Assembly (NCBI GenBank): GCA_951406725.2
Contig: OX597819.1
Coordinates: forward strand, 124,062,001 to 124,126,000
Direction of reading: 5' to 3'
Source of the DNA: Octopus vulgaris
Taxonomy: Eukaryota
DNA length: 64,000 bases
Shown here: positions 12,320-25,178 of the stretch, piece after piece
Numbering within the stretch: position 1 is the first letter of the stretch
Layout of the letters: each line of letters begins with the position of its first letter
Translations under genes and position numbers: made by a program
The notes under the pieces: generated by a model
What the model was told of the DNA's origin: nothing
The model's input: the letters and a program-made list of their open reading frames with translations, nothing else
Database searches by the model: none

Positions 12320-12712
12320 ATAGGCGCAGGAGTGGCTGTGTGGTAAGTAGCATGCTAACCAGCCACATGGTTCCGGGTTCAGTCCCACTGTGTGGCATCT
12401 TGGGCAAGTGTCTTCTGCTATAGCCCCGGGCCGACCAAAGCCTTGTGAGTGGATTTGGTAGACGGAAACTGAAAGAAGCCTGTCGTATATATGTATATAT
12501 GATATATATATATGTGAGTGTATGTGTGTGTGTGTGTTTGTGTGTCTGTGTTTGTCCCCCTAGCATTGCTTGACAACCGATGCTAGTTCGGCAAAAGAGA
12601 CCGATAGAATAAGTGCTGGGCTTACAAAGAATAAGTCCCGGGGTCGATTTGCTCGACTGGGGGCGGTGCTCCAGCATGGCCGCAGTCAAATGACTGAAAC
12701 AAGTAAAAGAAA
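12320..12712 (+). mobile_element. tRNA-derived SINE family B (CORE-like CTTGGGCAAGT motif, internal TA/TG microsatellite)
   Basis: Head GGCGCAGGAGTGGCTGTGTGGTAAG..GGTTCAGTCCC. Tail GGCGGTGCTCCAGCATGGCCGCAGTCAAATGACTGAAAC. Confidence 0.9.
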
Positions 12713-13598
12713 GACTAAAAGAAGAAATTTTAAGTAAAGATGCGATGTCAAGGATTTGTAGTCAGTTCATTTTGTGTCATTAAGCCGACGACAGAAGAAC
12801 TCTCCCGCTGCTCAGGTTATCAAGCTAACAGATGTAAAGACTCCATCAGGGGATCTGGTACCTGTTGTTGAGATTTGGGCAAACTAAGGTATGTGCAGAA
12901 AACAACATATGAGTTAGTAAAAATATTGTCAAATTGCCATATTGTAAAAGTGTCTATGAGGGAAAAGAGAGAAGATGTTATAATATCAGCATCACTTTAC
13001 TTTTAGTCTCCTCCCTTATGCTTTATAAGATTAGACAAATTGCACCCAGCCAAACTGGTTACCATGCCAGATGCACAACAGCATGATAACATTTAGAGTG
13101 CCAAAACACATAGAATTCACTGTGTGAACAGATTTCCTATTTGTTGATTACAAGACCCCATAAAAGAAAGCCTGAATCTAAAAGCTATTGATATATTTCT
13201 AATGTAGAAGTAAAATTACTATTAGTATAGAAACCTTATTGAAAAGACTCTTTGATGCCATTATAGTAAACTAGGTCCAGGTCTAAGGTTCATGAATAAT
13301 CTGCACCACATGTAGATCAGTTGAGCCCAAAAGTTGGGCACGATTTTAATGGGAAAAAAAATGCTGGAGATGTGAAAAGTAAAACTATGTTTGTGAATGT
13401 AGAGGGTAAGTTTATATTTGCAAGTGTCATCATCATTTAATGTCTATTTTCCATGCTGGCATGGGCTGGGTGGGCCATGGAGCTGCACCAAGTTCCAGTA
13501 ATATCTTTGACATGGTTGCTATGGCTGGATGCCCTTCCTAATGCCATCCACCTTAGTGTAAACTGGGTACTTTTTGAGCCACACTTTCAGGACATTTG

Positions 13599-13783
13599 TA
13601 CATACATATATATATATGTATATATATATATACATTTACACATACATGTATACATATACATCTATATCTATAGAAATACATCTATACATATACATGTATA
13701 CATATACATCTATATATATATACAAGTATATATATACATCCATATATATATACAAGTATATATATACATCCATATATATACAG

Positions 13784-13842
<59 letters not shown>

Positions 13843-13862
13843 TCTCTCTCTATATATACATG
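13599..13862. repeat. Compound (TA)n microsatellite with ~30-bp higher-order units
   Basis: TATATATACATCCATATATATATACAAGTA-type units followed by a pure (TA)n run. Confidence 0.9.
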
Positions 13863-14169
13863 TAAATTGAAATTTAAAATAATAAGAGTTTAAAATTGAA
13901 TATTAATTTTATTAATATCAATTTAAAACCAATGGTGTAGCATATTGAAAAGTCTGAAGTTATACCCTCACATTTCACTGATAAACAAAAAATAACTTCC
14001 TTTATTCCATTAAATATGTATCAGCTGTGCCCATTCTGCCCATAAGAAATGAGCAAATAATACAATGTGCTTGCAGGCCGTAACAAAGGGTCAATGCTGG
14101 GATGCATATATACACACACATATATATATATAATATATACACACACAAGAATATATACATACATACATA

Positions 14170-14376
14170 TGCCTCGTCTGGCACCTGTGTCGGTGGCACA
14201 TAAAATCACCCACTACACTCTCGGAGTGGTTGGCGTTAGGAAGGGCATCCAGCTGTAGAAACACTGCCAGATCTGACTGGCCTGGTGCAGCCTTCGGGCT
14301 CCCCAGACCCCAGTTGAACCGTCCAACCCATGCTAGCATGGAAAGCGGACGTTAAATGATGATGATGACGATGATG
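14170..14376 (+). mobile_element. Family A repeat, 5'-truncated
   Basis: Family A 3' block and (GAT)n tail. Confidence 0.88.
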
Positions 14377-14689
14377 TGTGTGTGTAAAAAATATATATAA
14401 AAATACAAAATGGGACAAGAACGCAAAACACTCAAATAGACGACACAAAAAACGGACGGGTCATTCGAAGCCTCTAATCTTCAGTCAAGAACCGGATTGA
14501 GATTGCTCCGATCCGGCCAGCCCCAAGGAAAAACTAAGCTACGAGCATTAGATTTCTTGGAAAAAGGATCGAATGTATACGAAACAAGGACAGAAAAACG
14601 GACGATGCCACACGAATATAAATACAAATACTATATTAAATGGCTGGACTCGTTCCATCTTTGCTGCCTTTGTTTAATTTGCAACATCA

Positions 14690-15180
14690 AATGAAAGGAC
14701 AAAGTCCCCATCACAGGGGTTCTTGCAAGACGCGACAATCTAAGTGCAACTGAGGTGGGTTGGCAATGTGGTATGCATGGAAAACACTTGGCTACCTAAA
14801 ACCCTACTCTGTGGTCAACTTAGCTCTGGTGCTTGGCCCACTGCTTCATTATAAGGACACTCTAAAAACCTGCTTTAAAATCTATAAGATATACCTGAAG
14901 ACATGAGAATCAGAGGCCTTAGATAAAGCTCAGTGGAGAAGCTGTTGCTACCTAACATTTCCAGCTTTGAGGCAGCCAGGATCAAGACTCCGAAGGTAAA
15001 AGAGCTCAACAAAGAACCGGGTTCAATCTACTCCCAAATGATGGAGGCTTCTACAGCAAAGTCTACAAATCCTGGATAGATATGAATTCCCACATGAAAC
15101 AATTTGGCAAAACATCAAGTTAAGAACATTGTGCAGCTGTGTCCGGTTGAACCCTCATTTATTGAAGTGATAAGAGAGTC
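14690..15180 (+). mobile_element. Degraded RTE-like LINE 3' end (second RTE family)
   Basis: Remnant peptide ESEALDKAQWR typical of RTE C-termini, with many stops. Confidence 0.55.
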
Positions 15181-15477
15181 CAATAAATATCGATAAGGGA
15201 GGGAGGGAGGGAGAGGGAGAGAGCAATGCAGTGGGATCACAAGCAGCAAAACGGAAAAGAAGTGTTTCGTGCATAACAAGTCCATAAGTACACCAATAAA
15301 ATAAATTTTTTCAAAACATGCAAACCTCCAAAGAAGTAGCTGTTGGCTTTCAAAACCTACGTGACCAAACTAGTAATGAAAGGTGTTCTGAAAGCACAGT
15401 TCCTAGATTAAGAAATAGGTGGAAAATGTTCAGGGAACTATTTGTTATCTCTGCTGGCAGCAAAGAGTATCTCTCTC

Positions 15478-16151
15478 ACTCATCATCATCGTTTAACGTC
15501 TGCTTTCCATGCTAGCACGTGTTGGACGTATGACTGAGGGCTGGCAAACCAGATGGCTGCACCAGGCTTCAATCTTGATCTGGCAGAGTTTCTACAGCTG
15601 GATGCCCTTCCTAATGCCAACCACTCCGAGAGTGTAGTGGGTGCTTTTTATGTGCCATCTGCACAGGAGGCGGTACTGGCAACGACTTTGCTCGAATCTT
15701 TTACACATGCCACCAGCACAGGTGCCAGTAAGGCGACATTGGTAACGATCACGCTCGAATGATGCCCTTTTACGTGCCACCAGCACGGAAGCTGGTCAGG
15801 CGGAACTGGCAACAACCTCACTCGAATCTTTTTACAGGTGCCAGTGAAGCGACATTGGTAACGATCACGCTCGAATGGTGCCCTTTTACGTGCCACCAGC
15901 ACGGAAGCTGGTCAGGCGGAACTGGCAACAACCTCACTTGAATCTTTTTACAGGTGCCAGTGAAGCGACATTGGTAACGATCACGCTCGAATGATGCCCT
16001 TTTACGTGCCACCAGCACGGAAGCCGGTCAGGCGGAACTGGCAACAACCTCACTCGAATCTTTTTACAGGTGCCAGTGAAGCGACGTTAGTAACGATCAC
16101 GCTCGAATGGTGCCCTTTTACGTGCCATGAGTATGGAAGCCAGTTGGCTGC
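15478..16151 (-). mobile_element. Family A repeat with a 116-bp higher-order tandem array
   Basis: ACGTGCCA anchor at 15772, 15888, 16004 and 16120 (period 116). Confidence 0.93.
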
Positions 16152-16649
16152 TGAAGGGTAAATAATGAAGCTGGTATGTGAAATGCAATGATGCATGGTA
16201 ACAAAACATGAGCAATGAATGGGGAAGATGTGTAAACACTGGGAAAAATGATTTGAGCATGTACCAGCAGTATGAATAACAGAGCTCAAAATGAGCTGAG
16301 AGAAATTAAATGTAATGCAGCAGAGAGAGGAGTGAGCCGACACAGACATGTATGGATGCATGTGAAAGAAAGCAGTTGGATGGAAGAAAAAAGTGCCACA
16401 CAAACCAAGTGAATAGCATACAGAGAAGAGAAAAAACAAAGAAAACATGAGAAGTGATGAAGGCTGCTCTCAGAAGACTGAAACTTATGAAAGAAATGAC
16501 AAAGACCCAACAAGTGCTAAGATGCTATGCCAGAGAAAACTCATTCAGCACCCCTCCTCTCTCTCTCACACACTCACATGGTTTTCACACGGTTCCTCTA
16601 TCAAATTTCTCACATAAAGCAGTGGTCAACCAACAGCTATATTTTTTTT

Positions 16650-16875
16650 TTTTTTTTATTGCCCACAAGGGGCTGAACATAGAGGGAACAAACAAGGACA
16701 GACAAAGGGATTAAGTCGATTACATCAACCCCCAGTGTGTAACTGGTACTTAATTTATCGACCCCCAAAAGGATGAAAGGCAAAGTCGACCTCAGCGGAA
16801 TTTGAACCCACAACGCAGCAGCGGACGAAATAACACAAAGCATTTCACCCAGCGTGCTAACGCTTCTACCAACAG
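16650..16875 (-). mobile_element. SINE family C
   Basis: GCCCACAAGGGGCT..GGATGAAAGGCAAAGTCGACCTC..GAATTTGAAC. Confidence 0.88.
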
Positions 16876-17807
16876 CTATAATAGAAGACACTTACCCAAG
16901 ATGTTGCCCAGTGGGACCAAACCTAGGACAACTTGATTATTTATCTAAGAGGCTCTCATGTTGTTAACAGCAACTCAATTACTTCTTTCTTTCCTTAGGG
17001 CCTCAATATGAATGAAATGTAACAACCAGCATTTTTTGTGTATAAAAAACAAAAATTAACGACTACAACGTATGATGACCATAGTTTTCCATAATGCTGA
17101 TATTGTTTAATCTACCAGAGAGAAACTGAATTCTATATTCATTTACTGAATGCTGAACAGGATCACAGACCCTGTAACAATGATATCAGTGTTAGCGACA
17201 CCAACAAATCAGTTCTTAGTTTCACTTCTTTAATCTCTTCCTTTGCATATAACAGTCTCCTACTTCAAAAAGGCTGCCTTTTTGGTAAACATTTAATCTG
17301 ATTCAAAATTCTTCACAGAATGTGTTTTACAGAATGGCTTTACATCTAGGATATAGTTGCAATTGAGCCAATGATGAATTATTTTATATTCTCTTTGCCT
17401 AGACAAAAGACTTATGGAATCTACAAGTGACAGGAGAATCCCAGCTTCAAATCAAGGCTACCTGAAAGCTGCTATTCAAGATGACACCTATTTTACAGGT
17501 AGGGATCATTTTATAACACAGAATATTAGGTTCTACAGACCTATTGTTTTTACATCACCTTTTATGTACTTTAACAAATCAAGTTGGATCGGCTAAAAAA
17601 TCAGAAGCATATAAGCCTCTTAAACAGTTCTGTAGAATTAATGAGCTTAAAATGCACATGACTTTAATGAAATTGTAATTACTGAAAAGCAATAATGAAG
17701 GTCCATAAATTCACTAGATGCTACAATAACAACAACAATAGCAAAAATAAGGTTACAACCCTCTTTTTCACTAAAAATGTTTTCTGTACATTTTTAGTGT
17801 TTATTGT

Positions 17808-17976
17808 ACCCACTACACTCACGGGGTGGTTGGCGTTAGGGAAGGGCATCCAGCTGTAGAAACACTGCCAGATCAGACCGGAGGCTGGTGCAGCCTTCTG
17901 GCTTCCCAGATCCCGGTCGAACTGTCCAACCCATGCTAGCATCGAAAACGGACGTTAAATGATGATGATGATGATG
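17808..17976 (+). mobile_element. Family A repeat, 5'-truncated
   Basis: Family A 3' block and (GAT)n tail. Confidence 0.88.
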
Positions 17977-18056
17977 TACATGTACACCTTGCACACACAC
18001 ACACACACACACAAACTATTTTCTCCGTTAACCTTCCTGTAATATTGTTGCACCTC

Positions 18057-18283
18057 TTAACCCTTTAGTATTTAAACCGGCCATATCCGGCCAAAATAGC
18101 TAATCTGTTTTATGTTCGAACTGACCAGATCCAGGCCCTCACACCTGCCCTACAATGTTATTCTACATTAAGTAATTACACCATCAAGATCTTGAAGATA
18201 TGACATAATGCATGATTAATTCAAATCAATGGGAATCAATAAGCATTATGTTTGATAGAATAATCTGAACGCTAAAGGGTTAA
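18057..18283 (+). mobile_element. MITE family M1
   Basis: TTAA ends and M1 internal sequence. Confidence 0.9.
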
Positions 18284-18289
18284 GTGTCC

Positions 18290-18495
18290 TTACCTTGCAC
18301 TAGGTACATCTTATGGAAATTCTACCTATGCCTTTCCTACAGGTTGAGCAGGGCTATCTACCTCAGGGGATTTGTGATTTGTCTGCTTTGTCTTACTAAG
18401 ACTTGGGTTTTTGCTAGATTAACTCTAAGACACTTTTATTCTAGACCTTGCTTCCACAACTGAAACTTCTCTAGTTCTGGTAGTGATTCAGCTGT
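18290..18495 (-). mobile_element. RTE LINE fragment homologous to 200-400
   Basis: Aligns by eye with the 74-1715 element (GAGCAGGGC.ATCTACCT..; GAAACTTCTC). Confidence 0.8.
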
Positions 18496-18544
18496 AACTT
18501 ATGAAAGCATATTCTTTGAGGGGGAGGGCCCTTCACCAGAGACT

Positions 18545-18765
18545 TTAACCCTTTAGTATTCAGATTATTCTGCCAAATGTAATGTTTATTTATTCACATT
18601 GTTTTGGATTAGACATGCATTGTCTTGTAGCTTTGAGATTTTGATAATGTGATTTTTAAAATGACAATGTAGGATAGATGTGAAAGGTGGGATCTGGCTG
18701 ATTTGAAAAGAAAACAGGTGGAACAGTGTTACTGGATATGGCCAGTTTAAATGCTAAATGGTTAA
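18545..18765 (-). mobile_element. MITE family M1, older diverged copy
   Basis: TTAACCCTTTAGTATTCAGATTATTCT ... GCTAAATGGTTAA. Confidence 0.85.
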
Positions 18766-19475
18766 GCTCTGTTCTGTAGAAATAATATAACACTTCAATG
18801 AAGATGAACAAAAGAAAATCTCACTTATAGAAGAATTGTTGAGAAGATATTAAGTTCTAAGAAGCATGTTTACTTTCAAATGAACTCTACCAATCTATAA
18901 ATGTTCTTTTTCAATTGAGGTTACAGATTCATATATAAAACAAATTTTCTACATTTCACCACTTTAGGATGCTTTGTCAGGTAAAAATCTGCTTAAAGCG
19001 AATAAGAGCATTCTAAGGAAATTCTTGGGTGACTAAGAGATTAATCAAGTTGTTTTGTATAAAGAATTGAGATAGGTGAGTGTGTCATGAAGAACAGTGT
19101 AACAAGTAGAACATATTCATTTGAATGGAGACAGAGAGGAGGTGTTGCAATCATCCTAAATCACTAAGATGTTGGCCAACTGATTAAAGAGTCCATAATT
19201 CATACCCAGTCACAGCAGGTTATCCACAGCTAAGATACTTAATTCTAACTGGCTGTAAAATATATAATATATAAAATAATAAGCAAAATACATACACTTT
19301 GTAGATAAAACTAAATATTGTGAGCAGTGCCTAACTGACGAGTGTCTCATTCGATTACAGAGTGAATCCTCCTCTGAATATAGTTTGGCACAGAGTCTAC
19401 AAATGTCCTCTTCCTGAGGTCAGGCATTCATATATGTAACAAGTTTTCTACAGATAATTTTAGGCGGGTTTAGCA

Positions 19476-21615
19476 CAGTGGTTCTCAACTCCTTTGAACC
19501 CCTACAAATAATTGTGGGTGCACCATGTACAAATTTCTAAGCTAAATAACCGAAAATAGCACATATCTTAAGATTCTTTATTCTTGAGTTCGTAGGAAGC
19601 ATTAGCTCGATGTGTCTTGGCAATTTCTTCAATGTTTGGGCGTATGTTTGAAAGACAAACTCATATTTCTTAATCAATGCATGTAAGTGTTCCTTGCCTT
19701 TTGTATTTAATAGCAGAAAGAGTGGAAAATCCCAATTCACATAGATATGAAGTTGAAAATTGCAGCAGAATTGTAAGAGGTATTTTAAAAATCAAAACAT
19801 ATTCATCTTTTACAGAAATCCAGAAAGCTTCAAGTGACAATTTCTTGTGTTTCATCATCATCATCATCATCGTTTAAGGTTCGTTTTCCATGCTAGCATG
19901 GGTTGGACGGTTCAACTGGGGTCTGTGAAGCCAGAAGGCTGCATCAGGCCCAGTCTGATCTGGCAGTGTTTCTATGGCTGGATGCCCTTCCTAACGCCAA
20001 CCACTCCATGAGTGTAGTGGGTGCTTTTTAGGTGCCAGACGGAGCTGGCAAACGACCATGGACGGATGGTGCTTTTTACGTGCCACCGGCACGGGGGCCA
20101 GGCAAGGCTGGCAACAGCCAGGAATGGATGGTGCATCATTAATCAGTAATAGATAAACAGTCGGTAGATATAGCAGCGAGTTTCTCTTCTTCTATCAATG
20201 TTAATTCAGAATCATTGGAAGTTTCCACGAATGGGTTTTTGATCCAGTCATATTGTTCAGTTTTCAGTGATGGGAAATATGAACTCAATTTTTCCTATAA
20301 ACTTACTAAATGCTCAACTATTAACGGGAGCGTTTCATTTATGCCTGTTTCACTTTGATTTAACAAAGGAAACATTTCCAAATTCCCTTTGACAGCTTTC
20401 CGTTTCCAAATCTTAAGTTTTCTTTGGAAAGCTTTCATTTTGTTCAGTGGACATTAGAATGTTTTCTTCTTTCCCTTGCATGGCTTGTACTTAAAATATT
20501 GAGCTGCTGAAATATATTGGCCAAAAACTGTAACCTGGCAATCCAAAGTTCAGAATGAAGAAGGTCACAAAAATTAGATTGTTTCATTTCTTCAAAGAAC
20601 ACAAGAGGTTTATGCGATAGCTCGTGTACACGAGTAAGTACTTTTCCTCTTGACAGCCACTTTACTTCGGTGTGTAAAAGAAGCTGTTTGTGTTGAGAAT
20701 CTATAAATGGTACAAAACTGGTCTTGTTTTAATAAAGTTCACCATCTGAACAACTTGATCTAAAACTTCTTTTAGTTCCACTCCTAATGTTTTTACCATC
20801 AACGCCTCTCTGTGAAGAAAGCAGTGAGTGATAATGATGACTACCATTTATCAAAGTATGTATTCAGAATGTTGAAAGTGTCCTCTCCTTTCGTAGTAAC
20901 ACTTAATTCTTTACAAAAAATAAACTGGTTTACTATTTGATCCTCATTGATAAAACGAATGACTGCTAAGAGTTGCGCCTTGTTGGTGATGTCTGTTGAC
21001 TCATTAACTTGCAATGCAAAAGGTGAATACTTAAGTTTATTACTACATACATTTTTCTTGATATCAGAAGACATTTCTAAACTGCGCCTGTGAACTGAAT
21101 CATTGGACAGTGGAATCTTGCTTTTCTCTTTTGCTGCTTCATTCCCAAGCATTGTCGAGACTACCTTTTTGCATGCAGGCAAAATGAGTGACTCACCTAT
21201 AGTATGAGCTTTCGTATTTTGTTCTATCAGTTCTGAGACTTGGTAGGAAGCAATTTGAGCTTTCTCAGAGACAATCATTTTATTTATGAAAGAATTTTCC
21301 GCTTTAGTTTGCTGTCCAGGCAATCTCTTACAATAATTTGTAAATTTACCTTGTAAATGAGAATGTTTAGTTTTTAAATGTTTGTTCGGTTTACTAGGAA
21401 GCAATGATTCATTTGGCATTTTATTCCCACATACTAAACATAGCAGCAAAGGATGAACTTCACTTCCAGTCCATGTGAAACCAAAGCTTAAATAACTTAC
21501 ATCGTACTTGCGAGTAGGCCACGGTTTCAATTCGTTATTTGAACAGCTTTCTTCACTTACATTTTGCTCAGTTCCAGGTTCACATTCATCAATATGAAGA
21601 TGAAGTACGGAAGAA
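19476..21615 (-). mobile_element. hAT Charlie/Buster-type DNA transposon (ZBED5/ZBED8/SCAND3-like transposase), decayed and one-ended
   Basis: Terminus CAGTGGTTCTCAAC at 19476. Peptides RKYDVSYLSFGFTW, CLVC..HLKTKH, IPLSNDSVHRR, FALQVNESTDI and FSTSYLCELGFSTL (dimerisation domain). Frameshifts and a family A insertion. Confidence 0.92.
19853..20138 (-). mobile_element. Family A repeat nested in the hAT transposase
   Basis: (CAT)n start and family A block interrupting the transposase reading frame. Confidence 0.9.
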
Positions 21616-21619
21616 TGAC

Positions 21620-21953
21620 CTCAGGATGCTGAACCTTTCAGATGAGATGACAAAGGATTGAGATGCCGCGTGTCGTACTCAAGAAGACCTGTACTCTGCA
21701 GCAGAAGTGTCAAGACCGGTTCCTCTATTGGTGTAAAGCACCCATGATGGAGCCACATAGAAGTGCTCATCTGGTGCTGTGTAAAAGCACCCAACATACT
21801 CTGTGAAGTGGTCGGCATTAGGAAGGGCATCCAGCCATAGAAACCATGCCAAATCAGTCTAGAGTCTGGTGCAACCAACCCACCAGCCGGCCAGCTCTGG
21901 TCAAACTGTCCAGTCCATGCCGGCATGGACAACAGACATTAAATGACGATGAT
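21620..21953 (+). mobile_element. RTE LINE extreme 3' end with older family A-type 3' UTR
   Basis: Remnant of the RTE C-terminus (compare 42460-42530), then GGAAGGGCATCCAGCC..CCATGCCGGCATGGA..GATGAT. Confidence 0.8.
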
Positions 21954-22039
21954 ACACACATATATATTCACTTCCAATAGGGGCTGCAATTTTAACATGA
22001 CTGAATGAAGATAGATGAAATACTCATTGAAACCTTCTT

Positions 22040-24180
22040 TTCGGATGCTGAATGCCATCCCCACTTCCCATGCTTCCTCCCGCATCCATTTCCAGTTTTT
22101 CAGAGTTGACACTGTTAATGCAGGCACACTGAAAGGTAGGCCTGGCAAGAGTGTTCAATTGTTTGAATGGAGGTATGTTGATGCATGTTGCATTCAAGAA
22201 GTAAGGTGGAGGGGAGCTTCAGCCAAGTTCCTTATGGGCACGACACAGGTGTAACAGTGACAAGGTAGGTGGTGTGGGCATACTTCTCACAGAGAAATGA
22301 GTTAAGGTCATAGAGGTAGTCAGTGTGTGATAGAGTACTTAAGTTCAGGCTAGTTTTGTGGAAAAATACAGCAACAATTATCTTTGCATATACTCTCCAA
22401 GTGAGGCTACCAAATGAACAAAAGGACCACTTTTATGATATTTTCTGCAGGCTACCTCAAAGATAAATGATAATGACCTCATCTTTATAGCTGGTGATTT
22501 CAATGGAGTACATTGAGGTTGAGGCCATGAAATTGGCTTCCAAAACAAAGAGGGAACAAGGCTACTGGAGTTCTGTGATGCAAATAACTTAATGATCTGC
22601 AACACAAACTTCAGGAAGCCAGCCAGTTATCTATCAATCAGGTGACCACACCAGCCAGATTGATCACATTCTCACCAGACAGTGAGATAGATGGTTGCTC
22701 ATAAATTCAAAGATCTTCCCTAGTGACGAATGTACCCCATCCACCAGCAAAGACTAGTCATCAGTGATTTTAGCCTCAGGCCAGAAGGTTGCTAAGAAGC
22801 AGACCAAGCTGGAAAAGAAGGATCTAGAAGCTTAAGGATCCCTTATATGGTTAGAGATATTTAGGGACACCATAATTGAGAAACTTAACTACAGACTTGT
22901 AACATAGAGGGCAACTGGGAATTCCTGTGGGACAACTTGCTGAGTGCCACAAACCAAACCTGCAGCTGGCACAAAGAGTGATGTGGTGGAACAATGCTGC
23001 AGACAAGGCCATTAGAACAAAGAAACAGAACTAGAAGAGTGATGGTAGTAGGGTATATATCAGGTAGGTAGGAGGGAGGCGAGAAGACAGGTGTATCTAA
23101 CTGAGGAGAAGTGGAGGAGGAAGTTTGCCAATGTTCTGCATCATGAGGACCAGAGGCTTGGAGTGTTTTGGATTGCAAGACAGTGTCAGAGAAAATTGTG
23201 ATGTGGTAGGTGAGAAATGAGTTTGGATGGATGATGGCTCACTCACAGTTAGTGATTCTGCAAAGAAGGAGGTTTAGAAGTGCAACTATGAAAGGCTGCT
23301 AAATGTAGAGAATGCATGGGAAAAGGAGAGCCTGCCCAACAGAGGGGCCAGCTATTTAAATCAACTGTAGCTTAGTAGATAAAGCAGTTAAGGATATGAA
23401 GACAGGAAAGGCCTCCAGCCCATCAAGGATGAGATGCTTAAAATCTCCGGTGAGTTGGGTTATAACCTGATCACCTGTATAGTTAATCAGGTTGTCCACA
23501 AGGTAGTCATACCCAATAATTGGTGTAGCAGCATTGTAGTCAACTACTACAAGGGCAAAGGTGATGCCTTAGACAGAAATAATTACAAAGGTATCGTATT
23601 GCCGAATCAGGTGATGAAAGTTGCAGAAAGTTTCATAGCTCAATTAATTAGTAAGAGAGTTAGCATAGATGAGATGCAGTTTGGATTTGTGAAGCACCAC
23701 CGGTGCTATCTTCCTGGTGGGGCAACTGCAGGAGGAATACTTGGCCAAAAATAAACCTCTGTTTCTGGCTTTTGTTGAGATGGAGAAAGCCTTTGAAAGG
23801 ATCCCCCACTCCCTTATCTAGTGGGCAATGAAGAAGCTGGGGATAGGTGAGTGGTTAGTGAGAGCTGTACAAGCTATGTACAGGAGTGCTGTTAGAAAGA
23901 TGAGAGTTACCAATGAGTATAGAGAGGAATTTAATGTATATGTAGGAGTCCACCAGGGTTCAGTTCTTAGCCTCCACTTATTTACCATGGTCCTCCAAGC
24001 TGTAACTGAGGAATTTAAGACTAGTTACCCTTGGGAGCACCTCTATGTCTATGACCTTGTTCTTATTGCTGAATCACTACCAGAACTAGAGACATTTGAG
24101 GTATGAAAGCAAGGTCTAGAACCAAAGGACCTTAGAGCTAATTGAGCAAAGAACAAAAGTATGGATAAGTAAGAAACCTC
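22040..24180 (+). mobile_element. RTE-clade LINE (APE endonuclease plus RT), decayed, same family as 74-1715
   Basis: CCIQEVRWRG, AGDFNG, YYKGKGDALDRNNYKGI, QFGF, GVHQGSVLS, LYVYDLVLIAES. Many stops and frameshifts. Confidence 0.92.
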
Positions 24181-25014
24181 AAGAAGCAAGATATGACTTC
24201 CACCGAAGAGGAGAAACAAGCTTTGGCTGACCTGTGAAACATCCAAAGGAAATGACTCTTGACCCTCTGCAAAAGGAAATGAGAAGGAATTAAAACAGCC
24301 AGGGTGCAGGCTGTGTTTGTTGTCAATCCCTTTGGCTTCACCAAACAATTAATAGAGAAAGTGAATTGCTCAACACAAAGTAAACTGTGCATCTTTCATG
24401 TCATATTAAACCATCTGATGAGAGAACAAGGACTTGAAACCAATAAAGCTTTCATCTGCCACTCCATCTCCTCACCTCATTACATACAGTAAAGTTGTGT
24501 GTATCAATCAGCTTTGGCCAATTCCACTGCTGAGTATTGAGTGAATTTCTCTTTAAAATCCACTGCATTTGGATCATCAGTGTATAAGGGTGAAATCCTC
24601 AAGGTTTCTTATTGGAATAGTTATGAAGTTCAACAGAAAAGGCTATAGGAACAGGGCTGACCTAATCATTCTGTGATTTGATAAGGTCAATGCCTTGTCA
24701 AACAAACCAATGACCAATGGATCCATACCACTTATCACACACACACACACACACACACACCCTGGATGAGCTTTCACTGCATCACAACCATATTCTTAAT
24801 AAGATTAAAATCCAGATCCTGGATTAATACAAAAAGTTCAAGTTGAGGTCACTGCTAGGTCAGGACCATCAAATTGGCATCAACTTTGAAAAGGGAATAA
24901 GTTATACCATGTTCCCCACCCCTGCCATAAACTTGATAGCCAAGATACAAAAGGTGACAAGCAGAGGAACCTTGTCCAAGCTTAAAATATGACACTGTAA
25001 TGAAAGCATTTAGG

Positions 25015-25160
25015 ACTGGCAACACCATCACAGCAGCATCAATTTCACAGAGTAGGTAGATCCTACAAAGACTTGAGGAATTTATCACCTAGGCAAGGAT
25101 GAATTTCAAGTCTGCCAAGCCAAGGTCCATGGTGCTCAAGAAGGGGAAAATGGTGAACTG
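25015..25160 (+). mobile_element. Hero/R2-superfamily-like LINE RT fragment
   Basis: Translates as ILQRLEEFIT*ARMNFKSAKPRSMVLKKGK, resembling the W(A)RM.FKP.KSRS.VL.KGK motif I recall for RLE-bearing LINEs. Confidence 0.55.
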
Positions 25161-25178
25161 ATTCTAATTCTAATTCTC

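Noticed and set aside
13453-13893. YI-rich ORFs of 98-146 aa
   Set aside because: Translations of a (TA)n-based microsatellite.
14380-14630. Second hammerhead suggested by minus-strand CTGAAGA near 14480
   Set aside because: It is followed by CGAAT rather than GAAA and has no stem II. It may be a PLE terminal fragment, but I cannot support that from this window.
15650-16151. CRISPR-like appearance of regularly spaced repeats in family A
   Set aside because: Units are contiguous tandem repeats with no unique spacers, there are no cas genes and the context is eukaryotic.
20841-21530. Domesticated ZBED/Buster host gene
   Set aside because: The first catalytic Asp reads N (QVNEST), downstream frames are broken, a retroposon is inserted and a TIR remains, so it is a dead transposon.
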